Part shown: positions 40,248 to 53,838 of the stretch, one piece after another
How positions within the stretch are numbered: the stretch's first letter is position 1
Layout: every line of letters begins with the position of its first letter
DNA from: Pecten maximus
Taxonomy: Eukaryota
Direction: 5' to 3'
Assembly: GCF_902652985.1 (NCBI RefSeq)
Contig: NC_047015.1
Location: 44,454,001-44,518,000, forward strand
DNA: 64,000 nt
Notes under the pieces: generated by a model
Databases searched by the model: none
What the model was told of the DNA's origin: nothing
Seen by the model: only the letters and a program-made list of their open reading frames with translations
Position numbers and translations under genes: made by a program

Positions 40248-43200
40248 GAAGTCTTTTTGATGATAATTCTCTGAGCCATTGATTTGAACCGAAATAGTTT
40301 CATGAATGTATTTTGTTGACTATGGCAAGCTAAATTTTGTGTGACAAGGAAATGTGTTTTCCCATTTTTCCCCAGTTACGGATGTATAGTAAACGCGTAC
40401 TAAGCATCTTCTGAGCATTGTCCTAACCTTTGCGTGTGTCATTTTAAAGGTTTGACATTCGTATGAAAGGTTAGAGTATTTCTTTAAAATGGACCATAGA
40501 ATCTGACTTCATTTGTAGACTGAATCGAACTTTAATTTACATGTCTCGGATTTTGTCCCCATGTCAGGGTGATTGGACTCGAGAGCATTCCGGATCATAG
40601 GAACGTGTCAAGCCCCTGTGACCTCAATAACCTTATTCACATCTCCATTATAGTAAGGGACGCTAAACAAGTTAAACCTGAATATCTATTTTTAGTAAGC
40701 TCCTACAAGAAAAGACTCTAAACGTCTTTGTGTAATAAGAATGAGCTGGAGTTTACCCTTGATTTGTGTTTGTGACCAGACATGAGCCATAGGCATTTTC
40801 TTTCAAATCCAATGTAAAACGTATCTCCAGGTTCTCACATAAAAGGAAAGAGCTAGAATTGTTTGTGTCCATGCGTATTTTACTGAGATCAGCCTAGTGA
40901 AGATTTCAGACAATAACAATTAAGTAAATCGACTTCAGTATTTCTAAATGTTGTGTAATCACTTGTTTGTGACATTCACAAACATAAACTCTTTGTCACG
41001 TTGAATGAATCAACTCTAAATCGCTGGTCCAATCAACCACTGTCGCTCTAAGGGTCTTTCATGTTAGCGGGGATACGTACTGGGTTGATTCGGTCCCGGA
41101 TTCGATTCACGTCATTGCAGCTTCCGGGTCTCTGACTCAATGATAACTGGCCGCCATAGTTTGACATTTACGTTTCTAAAACTAGATAATCCCAACTGAT
41201 GCCATTACGTAGTCAAGGCGATCTCGATTCTTTGCAAACCGGAAATTGAGGTTGGTATCCATCAAACGATCTGACGTAAATAGTTGCCGCCTTTGACATT
41301 TTTGTTTGATTCTCTAACGGGAGAAAAGGTATTCCGGAATAGATAGAATCAGGTTATGGATTCAGCTTCCCTTTTGAAATTTGGAAATAACATGCCAATC
41401 CAAGTTAACATTTATGAACCAAATGATCTATCACATGCGTTTTAGGAAATCATTCAACGTTTTAGAGATATTTTCTATATACAGATATATCTTAAAACGA
41501 AAAAGAGATATCGCATATTACTTTTAGATATTTTTATATCTTAAAAATACAGTGTATTTCTATTTATCATATATATAAATATCTCTTATTCTTCAAAAGA
41601 TGACATCGTCTGAAAACATAAACGAGTCAGACAACAGAGGGACACGATTTGGTTCCATTATTGGCATGTCAATAGTCTGTTGGAAGATCTGTTTACAACA
41701 AAGATGTTGTCAATCAGAAAATCAGTCATTCTCATGATTTCATCTTCGCTGTATTTTTATTGACCCTACCCTACAATTAAGTAGGCTATTCGTCTTATTT
41801 CGGAAAAAAAACTGACATCACCAGAGAAAGAAGACTTATCTCAAGTTTGGAATGGAGAATGGTAGCGTAAAGAATGGGAAAAGAAAAGTTTTGATAAACG
41901 AAAAGGACTGAATAACTACTCCAGTCAGCAATAAAACGTTGTTAAAAGGAGTTTTAATGGAATTTAGGAATCCAATATTAACAAGGCGGGTCCGTATCCA
42001 TATCATAATTTCGTATTTTGAAAGCAACAAAACTATTGATGTAATGTAAATGATAATCATGTGATTTCTAATAATCTATTGATAAGTTCTGACAATGAAC
42101 ATTTTAGTTGTCCTGAACGAGATCCAGGTCAATAAACAAGTCGAACGATCACATGTCAGAGCTATTTCTCCTAGTCGCGCGTGTAAAGAAAACTACATTT
42201 AGATAAAATAAATTAATTGTATATTATGGACAACGTGTTGTGACCGAAATGTTCCTTAACGTGACATGACAGGGTTACCAGTCCGTTTACTAGACACCGA
42301 CAAGGTCATAAAGAACGAGATGCATTTCGTCTTGGTTGTTAATAAAACCGGTTTTCTATAGCATTGATTCTAGATTTACACAAAGTAGGTTGCTGAATAG
42401 TTAAATTTCTCAGTTCCGAAAAAAAAGGTCAGTGTTCTATACAATTTTTTTTAATCAATAACGGTTTTCGTCTCTCTAATGAGATGTAATTGTACAAACA
42501 TTGCAATTACAAATATCCACGGCATATTTCAAACTGTTCGAACACGTCAAATTATCAGTAATAAAATCCTCCATTTTTCACGCATTGCACACTGCACCGT
42601 CAGAAGCACAGGATAACAACTGGTTTAAAGCCGCATTAAGGTATCTTGTGGCCTATACCGAGGGATCGAATGTTAAATCATTGCGAGGGGTTTGTTTTCA
42701 GGCTGCAGTCATCAGTTTCACGTGACCTCCTACGCACATAGGACTGACACGTACAAAGATTCCGAATCACTTAGCTTCACGTTATATGGCCATAGTGGTG
42801 TATAAAAGTGGAACTGTCATTTGGGAACCTCTGGAATGTTGAGCGGGAGGAATCGCCCCGTGTGGCTGTTCATGTGATGGAAACTTTCAAACGTAGAAAA
42901 CTATAACCATAAAATAATTTTATCAGCAGTCAGTCCAAAGTTTTTCATCATTTTAATTGTTCTTTTTATCAGTATGCATTTAAAACAGAATATTAATAAG
43001 TTTCACTATCATTGTTGTTTAAATGTTTATTAATCACATCAAGGAAGCATATCAATGTTTGATAAAATGAAAAATGCAACAACTGTGACAAACAGTCTGC
43101 CATCTACATATTTGTCAAAATCGGAGGGAAATATTGATTTTTTTAAAATTCAGCAATAGATGTGATACTACAAATCATCTAAATTGTAAAAGCGAGTACG

Positions 43201-43499
43201 ACAGTTCTTTCTATAAAAGTTTTGATAGAATATTCCTATAACTAAGCATAGAATATTATACTGCTTTCGTCTGTGTTGATGACATTGAAAAGTTTTCCAT
43301 CCCCATCACAAAAAGAAGTACAATATGGTTACTCGTACTTGAATGTAAATATTACAGTGGTCGTCAATACGATAGTCAAATGTAACTTCTCCATGGTATG
43401 TTTACATCAACTGCGATCGGTATTAATTGATGTTTGATATTTAACCCTGCAACGAAAATGTCATTCAACGACTTTTTGATGTGTAACAAGTAGGGTTTT

Positions 43500-43604
43500 T
43501 TTCATTATTTTGACAAAAACCTTTTTCATTGTTTTGACAAAAACCTTTTTCATTGGTTATGACAAAAACCTTTTTCATTGTTTTGACAAAAACCTTTTTC
43601 ATTT
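43500..43604. repeat. Short tandem repeat, 24-bp unit (TTTTGACAAAAACCTTTTTCATTG), about 4 copies
   Basis: gacaaaaacc at 43512, 43536, 43561 and 43585. Confidence 0.9.
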
Positions 43605-44004
43605 GAATGTAAGACGCATAAAATATTTTTTTCTTTCTTAACACAAATTCAAACCTTTTCGATGTGTTCCTGTTTTTACGTACAGAGAGAGATGAACCCG
43701 CTGATGAGTCTTTGATTAAATCCTTGATGTTCTCTGATAATAAAACACACGAATCCATACAGCGGGTGTCCTTTTTCTAATGCTACAAAGGTCATTCGTA
43801 AACGCGAAATTAAACTAGCGCGCCACAAATGTATTTGTGCAGAAGAAATTTGTCGTAATAGACCCATTATTGTTGAAGTCAAACTCAAGAAATATGTTCT
43901 ATTATAATTCTCGAATACTAGTAGTCCATTGGAATTGTCTGCGAAATACATCCATCGAAATTCGTTTTTCTGTGTGGTTTCATGTCGATTTAAAATGCAT
44001 TGAT

Positions 44005-44401
44005 ATCGATTAAGAGGCCATAGCCGGGAATATCCTTAATATACAGTAATAGCGATTTAGAGGTCACAGCCGGGATTAGCGATCTGAAGGTCATAGCCGG
44101 GAATATCCTTAATATACAGTAATAGCGATTTGGAGGTCACAACCGGGATTAGCGATTTGAAGGTCATAGCCGGGAATATCCTTAATATACAGTGATAGCG
44201 ATTTAGAGGTCACAGCCGGGATTAGCGATCTGAAGGTCATAGCCGGGAATATCCTTAATATACAGTAATAGCGATTTAGAGGTCACAGCCGGGATTAGCG
44301 ATTTGAAGGTCATAGCCGGGAATATCCTTAATATACAGTAATAGCGATTAGGAGGTCACAGCCGGGATTAGCGATTTGAAGGTCATAGCCGGGAATATCC
44401 T
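44005..44401. repeat. Tandem repeat, 73-bp unit, about 5.3 copies
   Basis: catagccgggaatatcc at 44019, 44092 and onward. Each unit is two related 26-27-bp sub-repeats (tagcgattt..aggtca.agccggga) plus a 20-bp spacer. Confidence 0.95.
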
Positions 44402-45062
44402 TTGGAACATTAGTACGGACGAGAACAGCTACAATTGTTTATCCAAAGTTTATTTTTCATCCGGAAAGCGTTGTATTTGAACGTAGATTACTCGGTCAGT
44501 GATTGCCAAAATATTTAAGTTAAATTTGTATATCTACCTCGTAAAATACCGGTACGTGTTTGGGATTTCTCTATAGCCTTATGTTTACAATTATCGACAC
44601 AATTAGTGACGTATAACCACATATACTTGCTCCTCTGAGGGATCCTCCAAAGGTAGCCATGGAAACCGTATAAAGATAGCCATGGAAACCATAAAGAGAA
44701 AATAGCCACGGAAACCATATACAGTAGGGAACATTAAGTTTAGTAATTCATTTTCTTAGCACGTTTTCCCCTAACGTATTATATCGAATCTACACGTGTC
44801 CCAAATCTTACTTCGCACAACAAGTTACAGAAGGTTAATGTATTAATACAGATGAATTGACATTGTGGCAATGGAAACGGCAATGTGACTGCAATAACCG
44901 TATTGCGAAAGATAACATGAAAAATTGACACTTTGGAGGTTATTGCACGTAGCAGTTCCCATTCCGGCTTTGAGTTCCTATGGTACAGCAGTGTCAACTG
45001 ACGGTCCAGCAGAAGCACGCCAAATGCTCCCATAATTATCTGACCGGAGGTTCAATGTCTAC

Positions 45063-45245
45063 TACTAGCCCTCCACCTCTGGGTTGCGAGTTCGAACCCA
45101 TGTGGGGCAGTTGCCAGGTACTAACCGTAGGCTGGCGAGTGTTCTCCGGGTACTCCGGCTTTCCTCCACCTCCAAACCTGGCACGTCCTTAAATGACTCT
45201 GGCTGTTAATAGGGCGTTAAACAAAATAAACCAAACAAACCAAAC
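45063..45245 (+). mobile_element. 5'-truncated copy of the V-domain SINE
   Basis: Near-identical to 23836-24014 from actagccctccacctctggg through the tail; lacks the A box. Confidence 0.9.
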
Positions 45246-45304
45246 TCTATTTATGTCTATGCGTCAGTCATTAAGACCTGAAGACTAAAGCAATTGACTG
45301 CCCA

Positions 45305-46172
45305 CTCGTCCTCTTGATGTTTTTCACCCTCTCGTCCGGCTGATGTATTTCACCCTCTCATCCTCCTGATCTATTTCGCCCTCTCGTCCTCCTGATCTAT
45401 TTCGCCCTCTCGTCCTCCTGATGTATTTCGCCCTCTCGTCCTCCTGATGTATTTCACCCTCTCGTTCTCCTGATGTATTTCACTCTCTTGTCCTCCTGAT
45501 GTATTTCACCCTCTCGTTCTCCTGATGTATTTCACTCTCTTGTCCTCCTGATGTATTTCGCCCTCTCGTTCTCCTGATGTATTTCACCCTCTCGTTCTCC
45601 TGATGTATTTCACTATCTTGTCCTCCTGATGTATTTCACCCTCTCGTTCTCCTGATGTATTTCACTCTCTCGTCCTCCTGATGTATTTCACGCTCTCGTC
45701 CTCCTGATGTATTTCACCCTCTCGTCCTCCTGATGTATTTCACCATCTCGTCTTCCTGATGTATTTCACCCTCTCGTCCTCCTGATGTATTTCACCCTCT
45801 CGTTCTCCTGATGTATTTCACCCTCTCGTCCTCCTAATGTATTTCACCCTCTCGTCCTCCTGATGTTTTTCACACTCTCGTCCTCCTGATGTATTTCACC
45901 CTCTCGTCCTACTGATGTATTTCACCCTCTCGTCCTCCTGTTGTATTTCACCCTCTCGTTCTCCTGATGTATTTCACCCTCTCGTTCTCCTGATGTATTT
46001 CATCCTCTCGTTCTCCTGATGTATTTCACCATCTCGTCCTCCTGATGTATTTCACCTTCTCGTCCTCCTAATGTATTTCATCCTCTCGTCCTCCTGATGT
46101 TTTTCACCATCTCGTCCGGCTGATGTATTTCACCCTCCCGTTCTCCTGATGTATTTCACCCTCTCGTCCTCC
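45305..46172. repeat. Pyrimidine-rich minisatellite, 26-bp unit (CTCTCGTCCTCCTGATGTATTTCACC), about 33 copies
   Basis: Period 26 is directly visible. Confidence 0.97.
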
Positions 46173-46979
46173 ATGTTGTAATAACTCACGTGCATAAATG
46201 GATTAAAATATAAACTTCGAATTAGGCCCATCAATTACATAAACAATACTCGCCCAGTTATTTTTCTTATTTCTATTATGATTTTCTCTGGGGATTATTT
46301 CAATGTCACGCGATAATCAATGACATGTCAAAAGTTGGTTGGTTTTTTTTTTGGTTTTTTTTTTTTATGTTGGTGTACGAACTGAAAAATCGATTATCCA
46401 TAGAAAATGGCGAGGTTTATAATATGTGAAATTATGTATTTATTTAAGGATGTATGCAGCCTAATTATGATATAATATTTTCTGAAGAGTTGATTGATTC
46501 ATGACTTACACCAATAGGCGTACACATTTCCTTGTGACGTTTGACCATGAACCATCATTAAGTCATTAGTTTATGGTTTGATACGCCTCTTATAGAGACA
46601 CTCGCATATTGCTTATTATTCTTGTACGGTTGAAATGAAAGTAAACGTAGGTTCTCACAAAGATAGAGGTGTTAGAACATCTAGTCATTACCTGAAGTGC
46701 AATTGCTTATGAGCACGAAAATGTCTGGCAATGGTTAAAACGGACACGACGTTCCACAAGTTGTTGTCGTGTCTGTACGCGGACCCATGATGAACTGGGA
46801 TTAAACACGAAATGACTCGTCAACCGTGAGGAAAGACCTCGTTCATATGTCTAGAATAGATCGAAATGGGTTTCTACAAAACGAATTAACATAAATGAGG
46901 TCAAAGCACGTCTGTCCATGAACGTCTCTTCTAGACACTAGAGGAACTGAAGTTATAAATCACCCGAGCGAGAGAAACC

Positions 46980-48468
46980 ACAAAAATACCATCCATGAGT
47001 ACAAATACAAAAATACCACCCAAGATCACCAAACAAAAATACAACCCAGATTACCAATACAAAAAAACACAATAGATTACCAATACAAAAAACACAATAG
47101 ATTACCAATACAAAAAACACAATAGATTACCAATACAAAAAACACAATAGATTACCAATACAAAAAACACAATAGATTACCAATACAAAAAACACAATAG
47201 AATACCAATACAAAAAAACACAATAGAATACCAATACAAAAAACACAATAGAATACCAATACAAAAAAACACAATAGAATACCAATACAAAAAACACAAT
47301 AGATTACCAATACAAAAAACACAATAGAATACCAATACAAAAAAACACAATAGAATACCAATACAAAAAAACACAATAGAATACCAATACAAAAAAAACA
47401 CAATAGAATACCAATACAAAAAAACACAATAGAATACCAATACAAAAAAACACAATAGAATACCAATACAAAAAAACACAATAGAATACCAATACAAAAA
47501 AACACAATAGAATACCAAGACAAAAAACACAATAGAATACCAATACAAAAAAACACAATAGAATACCAATACAAAAAACACAATAGAATACCAATACAAA
47601 AAAACACAATAGAATACCAATACAAAAAAAACACAATAGAATACCAATACAAAAAAACACAATAGAATACCAATACAAAAAAACAACCCAAGGTACCAAT
47701 ACAAAAACACCACCCCAATGTACCAATACAAAAATACTACCCAGGATACCAATATAAAAATACCAACCTAGGGTACCGTTACAAAAATACCACCCCAGTG
47801 TACCAATACAAAAATACCACCCCGGTGTAGCAATACAAAAAAACTACCCAAGGTACCAATACAAAAACACCACCCCAATGTACCAATACAAAAATACTAC
47901 CCAGGATACCAATATAAAAATACCAACCCAGGGTACCGTTACAAAAATACCACCCCAGTGTACCAATACAAAAACACCACCCCAGTGTACCAATACAAAA
48001 ATACTACCCAGGATACAAATATAAAAATACCAACCCAGGGTACCGTTACAAAAATACCACCCCAGTGTAGCAATACAAAAGCACCACCCCAGTGTACGAT
48101 ACAAAAATACCACCCCAATGTACCAATACAAAAATACTACCCAGGATACCAATATAAAAATACCAACCCAGGGTACCGTTACAAAAATACCACCCCAGTG
48201 TAGCAATACAAAAATACCACCCCAATGTACCAATATAAAAATACCACTACAGGGTACAAAAACAAAAATACCACTACAGGGTACCAATACAAATATACCA
48301 CCTCAAAATACTAATACAACAATACTACTCCCGTGTACCAATACAAAAATACCACTACAGGGTACAAATACAAAAATACCACTACAGAGTACAAAAACTA
48401 AAATACTACCACAGGGTACCAATACAAAAACACCACTCCAGGAAGGGTACCAATACAAATATATCACC
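46980..48468. repeat. 27-bp satellite (TACCAATACAAAAATACCACCCCAATG family), left arm, including a 25-26-bp sub-array (TACCAATACAAAAAAACACAATAGAA) at about 47050-47690
   Basis: Direct periodicity; 9-aa period in the spurious ORFs (YQYKNTTPM). Confidence 0.95.
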
Positions 48469-51301
48469 TGTTGTATCGTTTCGTATGAACTGATCTGTAA
48501 AATTAACCAAACCAGGTGTGAGAGGGCTGACTACATGTGAAGTATATGTTGTTGATTGAATATGTGTCATCTTTGTTCACTACACCGAATTGCGATGTAA
48601 CAGAAAGCATAATGGAAAAAAGGAAATGGAAAAAGAACGTTTACCTGTATTTATAAAGGTTCAAGCTCCTCGTAGACATTAGGACATCTGTGAATATCCT
48701 TAACGAGTCCGACTATAAAACGAAAGTTCGACCTGTTCTTAAAAAGGCAGGGACTAAAGAACGACTAGTTCCCTTTGGTAATACAGTTACCCTCAAGGTC
48801 GTAGGGATATGTCATCAAGAAGTTGAGACGGGTTCGAAAATTGACACAACAGAAATGTATGTTGTCAAGGGAAGAAACGTTGGCTCTACCATGGGCTATC
48901 AAACCTACCAGTAGGTTGTCAGTGATTCAGATTTAATTTGAAAATGGCCCAAAATGTGGAACCTACACTGTCATAAAATGGACAGTCTCATTTTCCCGAA
49001 ATATTCCGAGGAATAGGAAAGCTTCAGAACCAGCATGTCAAGTTTCATATATACCCAGTAACGCAAAGAGTAAGAAAGATACCTCCTAGATAAGGTCAAA
49101 TGTTGCACTCGATAAGGTAGTTGAGCAAGATATTATCGAGAACGCTGGAGGAGAAGCAACCTTCCCTTATTGTAACTCCCCCGAAGAAAAACTCGGATGA
49201 AATTATACTATGTGTAGATATGTGCGAGGCGAAGATCTTTTGTAGACACACTATGCCTATGGTAGAAGAACTTATTGTGGATTTGAATGGTGCAAAATAT
49301 TTCAGCAAGTTAGACCTGCGCAGTGAATCTAATAGCATCTGCTTGAACTGGAGTCTGAATACAGGTATATAACATAATTCAACTCGCGCGTGTCTATTTG
49401 GACACAAGACTCCATTTCGGGATTTCATCAGCTCCTCAATTTTTTCTAGGAAACAATCCGTCAAGTGATTTAGAAAACCAATAGTTAACGCCATATAATG
49501 GACGACATCCTTATGTACGGCTAAAAAAGAAGGAGCATAACGTAGTCCTACAAAACGTGTTACAAAGACTGAGGGATCATGGCCTCTGACCTTCAATAGT
49601 CCTAATTGTTTCTTTCGGAAGGACAAAATAATAATTTTCGATGTATTGTCAGAGTCGGACGGTATATCTCGAGATGAGGAAAAGATAAGAGCTTTAAGTG
49701 AAGTTGAAAGGCCTGAAAAGGTCAAAGAGCTTCGTGTTTTCTGGGGATGACAATCTAGTGGGCATGGTTTACAAAAGGCTATGCTGACATTTGTGAACAT
49801 TGAGAAAGTTGACAAAGAAAGATGTGCCATAATTGTGGGAAGAAAAACGTGAAATTGCTTTTACGGAACTGGAAGTTTACCGAGTGACACAGTCTTGGCC
49901 TACTTTGACTAAGAAAAACCTCGTGTGGACACCAGTGGGAGCAGAACTGACCCAGCACCATGCAAGTTGCGCTCCGACACCAGTCGAAACCCGGTATAAT
50001 GAAATTGAAAAAGGTGGAATCTGAGGCTACAACCTTACAAATATGTGATCAAATATAAGCTTGGTGATAGAAATACAGCGGACTATTTATCCAGACACAC
50101 TTGTGAACAGAAGGTAGTCGAACAATATAATAACTTAATTACAACTGAAGCTGTACCGAAGGCCTACCTCCATGGATGAGATAAGGGAAGCCAATCTTGG
50201 AAGCCTTATGGAACGTCATTGAAAACACACTGACGGGGATAAGGTACGAAATGAAACAGCTCAAAATAGAAAATGCAACATTTAATTTCCAAGGGCTGAC
50301 TCTGCTGAGAAGTGTCAGAAATGAACACACTGTATATTCAGACAAAAAGACAAAAGAATAGTGTTATTTTGCACACAAGACAGAGCAATTGCTGTGTCGA
50401 ATGAAAGGCATCAAGGAGTCTCGAAAATCCCCTGGCCTAGGCAGCATTTAAGGATTAAATAGTCTGCCAAGTTCTTATTCCAGAGAAGAAGAGTTTGGCG
50501 CCACTGAAAATGTCCTAACTACCAGCAGGACCATGGGGAAATGCAAGCATAACATTTTGTGGACCTCTGCCGACAGGGAAATACTGCTAGTCAGACGATT
50601 ATTCGCGATACCCGATAGTTGAGATCACACGCTCAGTATCAGCTAGCAATTCCAAACCTAGACAATGTGATAAGCATGTTTGGAACCTCAGGAATAGTTA
50701 AAAGTGACAATGAAAGTTCATTTAATTCTGAACAGTTCAAATATGCTGGAGATATGGATTTTGACCACAGATGAATGACGCCGCGTTGGCCGAGGGCAAA
50801 TGCACAGACTGGGGCTTTCAATAAGTCTCTGATTAAGGTCTTGTCCTCCGCAATTTAAGCTTGAAGGGAAAATAGGAGCAAGAAATGTAGGACGTTCACT
50901 ATATTAGGTGATCTTTAAAAAAAGCCACTGACAGTAATCCCCGCTAGTTATCGAGGCTCCAGTGTCTCATTTATGACAAAAGATATTTTTTCATGTCATT
51001 GTAGACCAGACAAATTTTGTTTTGATGTGGATACCAGCCAAATGGCAATATCAGTCTTCTTTAATAAAAATTTCGGACTGTGCTCTGTTAATTCATTAAA
51101 ATATCCATTCATTGGACACTTATATTCATAATTCTAAAAGAAGGAGGGGGTAGTATTGTTTCCTTAGTTATGACTGATCTGTAAAATAAACCTAACCGGA
51201 GGTGCGAGGAAAATAAAAAGACGGGACATGACTGAATTTATGTAAGGTTTCATTGATTGATTGGCCAGTCTGTGCTCATAACACCAAATTTCAGTGTAAC
51301 A
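48469..51301 (+). mobile_element. Degenerate, internally deleted Ty3/Gypsy LTR retrotransposon (Mag/K02A2.6-like pol) with short diverged LTRs
   Basis: Frameshifted pol remnants in protease-RT-RNaseH-integrase order: LLVDIRTSVNIL; FPEIFRGIGKL; CVDM..RHTMPMVEELIVDLNGAKYFSKLDLRS; TPVETRYNEIEK; GPWG..FCGPLPTG; DDYSRYPIVE; VKSDN; TPRWPRANA. 5' LTR about 48469-48602 and 3' LTR about 51149-51301 share actgatctgtaaaat and both end TGTAACA. Polypurine tract AAAAGAAGGAGGGGG at 51136-51150. Confidence 0.9.
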
Positions 51302-51304
51302 GCT

Positions 51305-53796
51305 AATATACCACCCCAAGGTACCAATACAAAAATACCACCCCAATGTACAAATACAAAAATACCACCCCAAGGTACCAATACAAAAATACCACCCCAA
51401 TGTACCCATACAAAAATACCGCCATAGGGTACCAATACAAAAATACCGCCATAGGGTACCAATACAAAAATACCGCCATAGGGTACCAATACAAAAATAC
51501 CGCCATAGGGTACCAATACAAAAATACCACCCCAATGTACAAATACAAAAATACCGCCATAGGGTAACAATACAAGAATACCACCCCAATGTACAAATAC
51601 AAAAATACCGCCATAGGGTACCAATACAAAAATACCACCCCAATGTACAAAATCAAAAATACCACCATAGGATACCAATACAAATACCACCATAGGGTAC
51701 CAATACAAAAATACCGCCATAGGGTACCCATACAAAAATACCGCCATAGGGTACCAATACAAAAATACCGCCATAGGGTACCAATACAAAAATACCGCCA
51801 TAGGGTACCAATACAAAAATACCGCCATAGGGTACCAATACAAAAATACCACCCCAATGTACAAATACAAAAATACCACCATAGGGTAACAATACAAGAA
51901 TACCACCCCAATGTACAAATACAAAAATACCGCCATAGGGTACCAATACAAAAATACCACCCCAATGTACAAAATCAAAAATACCACCATAGGATACCAA
52001 TACAAATACCACCATAGGGTACCAATACAAAAATACCGCCATAGGGTACCTATACAAAAATACCACCCTAGGATACCAATACAAAAATACCACCCTAGGA
52101 TACCAATACAAAAATACCACCATAGGATACCAATACAAAAATACCACCCCAATGTACCAATACAAAAATACCACCATAGGATACCAATACAAAAATACCA
52201 CCATAGGGTACCAATACAAGAATACCACCATAGGGTACCAATACAAAAATACCACCCAAATGTACCAATACAAAAATACCGCCATAGGGTACCAATACAA
52301 AAATACCACCCCAATGTACCAATACAAATATACCACCACAATGCACCAATACAAAAATACCACTACAGGGTACCAATACAAAAATACTACTCCCGTGTGC
52401 CAATACAAAAATACCACCTAGGATACCAATACAAAAATACCACCCCAATGTACCAATACAAAAATACCACCCCAATGTCCCAATACAAAAATACCATAAC
52501 AATGTACCAATACAAAAATACCACTACAGGGTACCAATACAAATATACCACCACAATGTACCAATACAAAAATACCACTACAGGGTACCAATACAAAAAT
52601 ACCACCCCAATGTACCAATACAAAAATACCACCACAATGTACCAATACAAAAATACCACCCCAATGTACCAATACAAAAATACCACTAAATGGTACAAAA
52701 ACAAAAATACCACTACAGGGTACCAATACAAAAATACTACTCCCGTATGCCAATACAAAAATACCACCCCAATGTACCAATACAAAAATACCACCATAGG
52801 GTACCAATACAAAAATACCACCCCAATGTACCAATACAAAGATACCACCACAATGTACCAATACAAAATACCACTACAGGGTACCAATACAAAAATACCA
52901 TCACAATGTACCAATACAAAAATACCACTACAGGGTACCAATACAAAAATACCAACCCAATGTACCAATACAAAAATACCACCACAATGTACCAATACAA
53001 AAATACCACTACAGGGTACCAATACAAGTATACCACCACAATGTACCAATACAAAAATACCACCACAATGTACCAATACAAAAATACCACTACATGGTAC
53101 AAAAACAAAAATACCACTACAGGGTACCAATACAAAATACCAGCATAGGGTACCAATACAAAAATACCACTACAGGGTACCAATACAAAAATACCAGCAT
53201 AGGGTACCAATACAAAAATACCACTACAGGGTACCAATACAAAAATACCACCCCGGTGTACCAATACAAAAATACCACCATAGGGTACCAATACAAAAAT
53301 ACCACCCCAATGTACCAATACAAAAATACCACCACAATGTACCAATACAAAATACCACCACAATGTACCAATACAAAAATACCACTACAGGGTACCAATA
53401 CAAAAATACCACCACAATGTACCAATACAAAAATATCACTACAGGGTACCAATACAAAAATACCACCCCAATGTACCAATACAAAAATACCAGCATAAGG
53501 TACCACTACAAAAATACCACCCCAATGTACCAATACAAAAATACCACCATAGGGTACCAATACAAAAATACCAACCCAATGTACCAATACAAAAATACCA
53601 CCACAGTGTACCAATACAAAAATACCACCCCAGTGTACCAATACAAAAATACCACTATATGGTACCAATACAAAAATACCAACCCAATGTACCAATACAA
53701 AAATACCACAATAGGATACCAATAAAAATAAAAAGCCGCCCTATGGTATCAATACAAAATACGATCACATGATCCCAAAACAATAATACTCCCAGG
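51305..53796. repeat. 27-bp satellite, right arm, about 90 copies
   Basis: Same TACCAATACAAAAATACC core as the left arm. Contains a 322-bp block duplication (matching ORF starts at 51643 and 51965). Source of the 604-aa ORF. Confidence 0.97.
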
Positions 53797-53838
53797 TAGC
53801 CCGAGTTTCCTCTTGCCGTGTGTGGTATAGGGCCAGAG
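53797..53838. mobile_element. Truncated, inverted copy of the 64-bp foldback element
   Basis: TAGCCCGAGTTTCCTCTTGCC is the exact reverse complement of 56555-56575. It is followed by ggtatagggccagag, a partial second arm. Confidence 0.7.

Noticed and set aside
51911-53725. 604-aa ORF and the many overlapping YQYKNTT / VFLYWY ORFs at 47152-53725
   Set aside because: They are translations of a stop-poor 27-bp satellite, open in several frames on both strands and switching register at indels, with no splice or promoter context.
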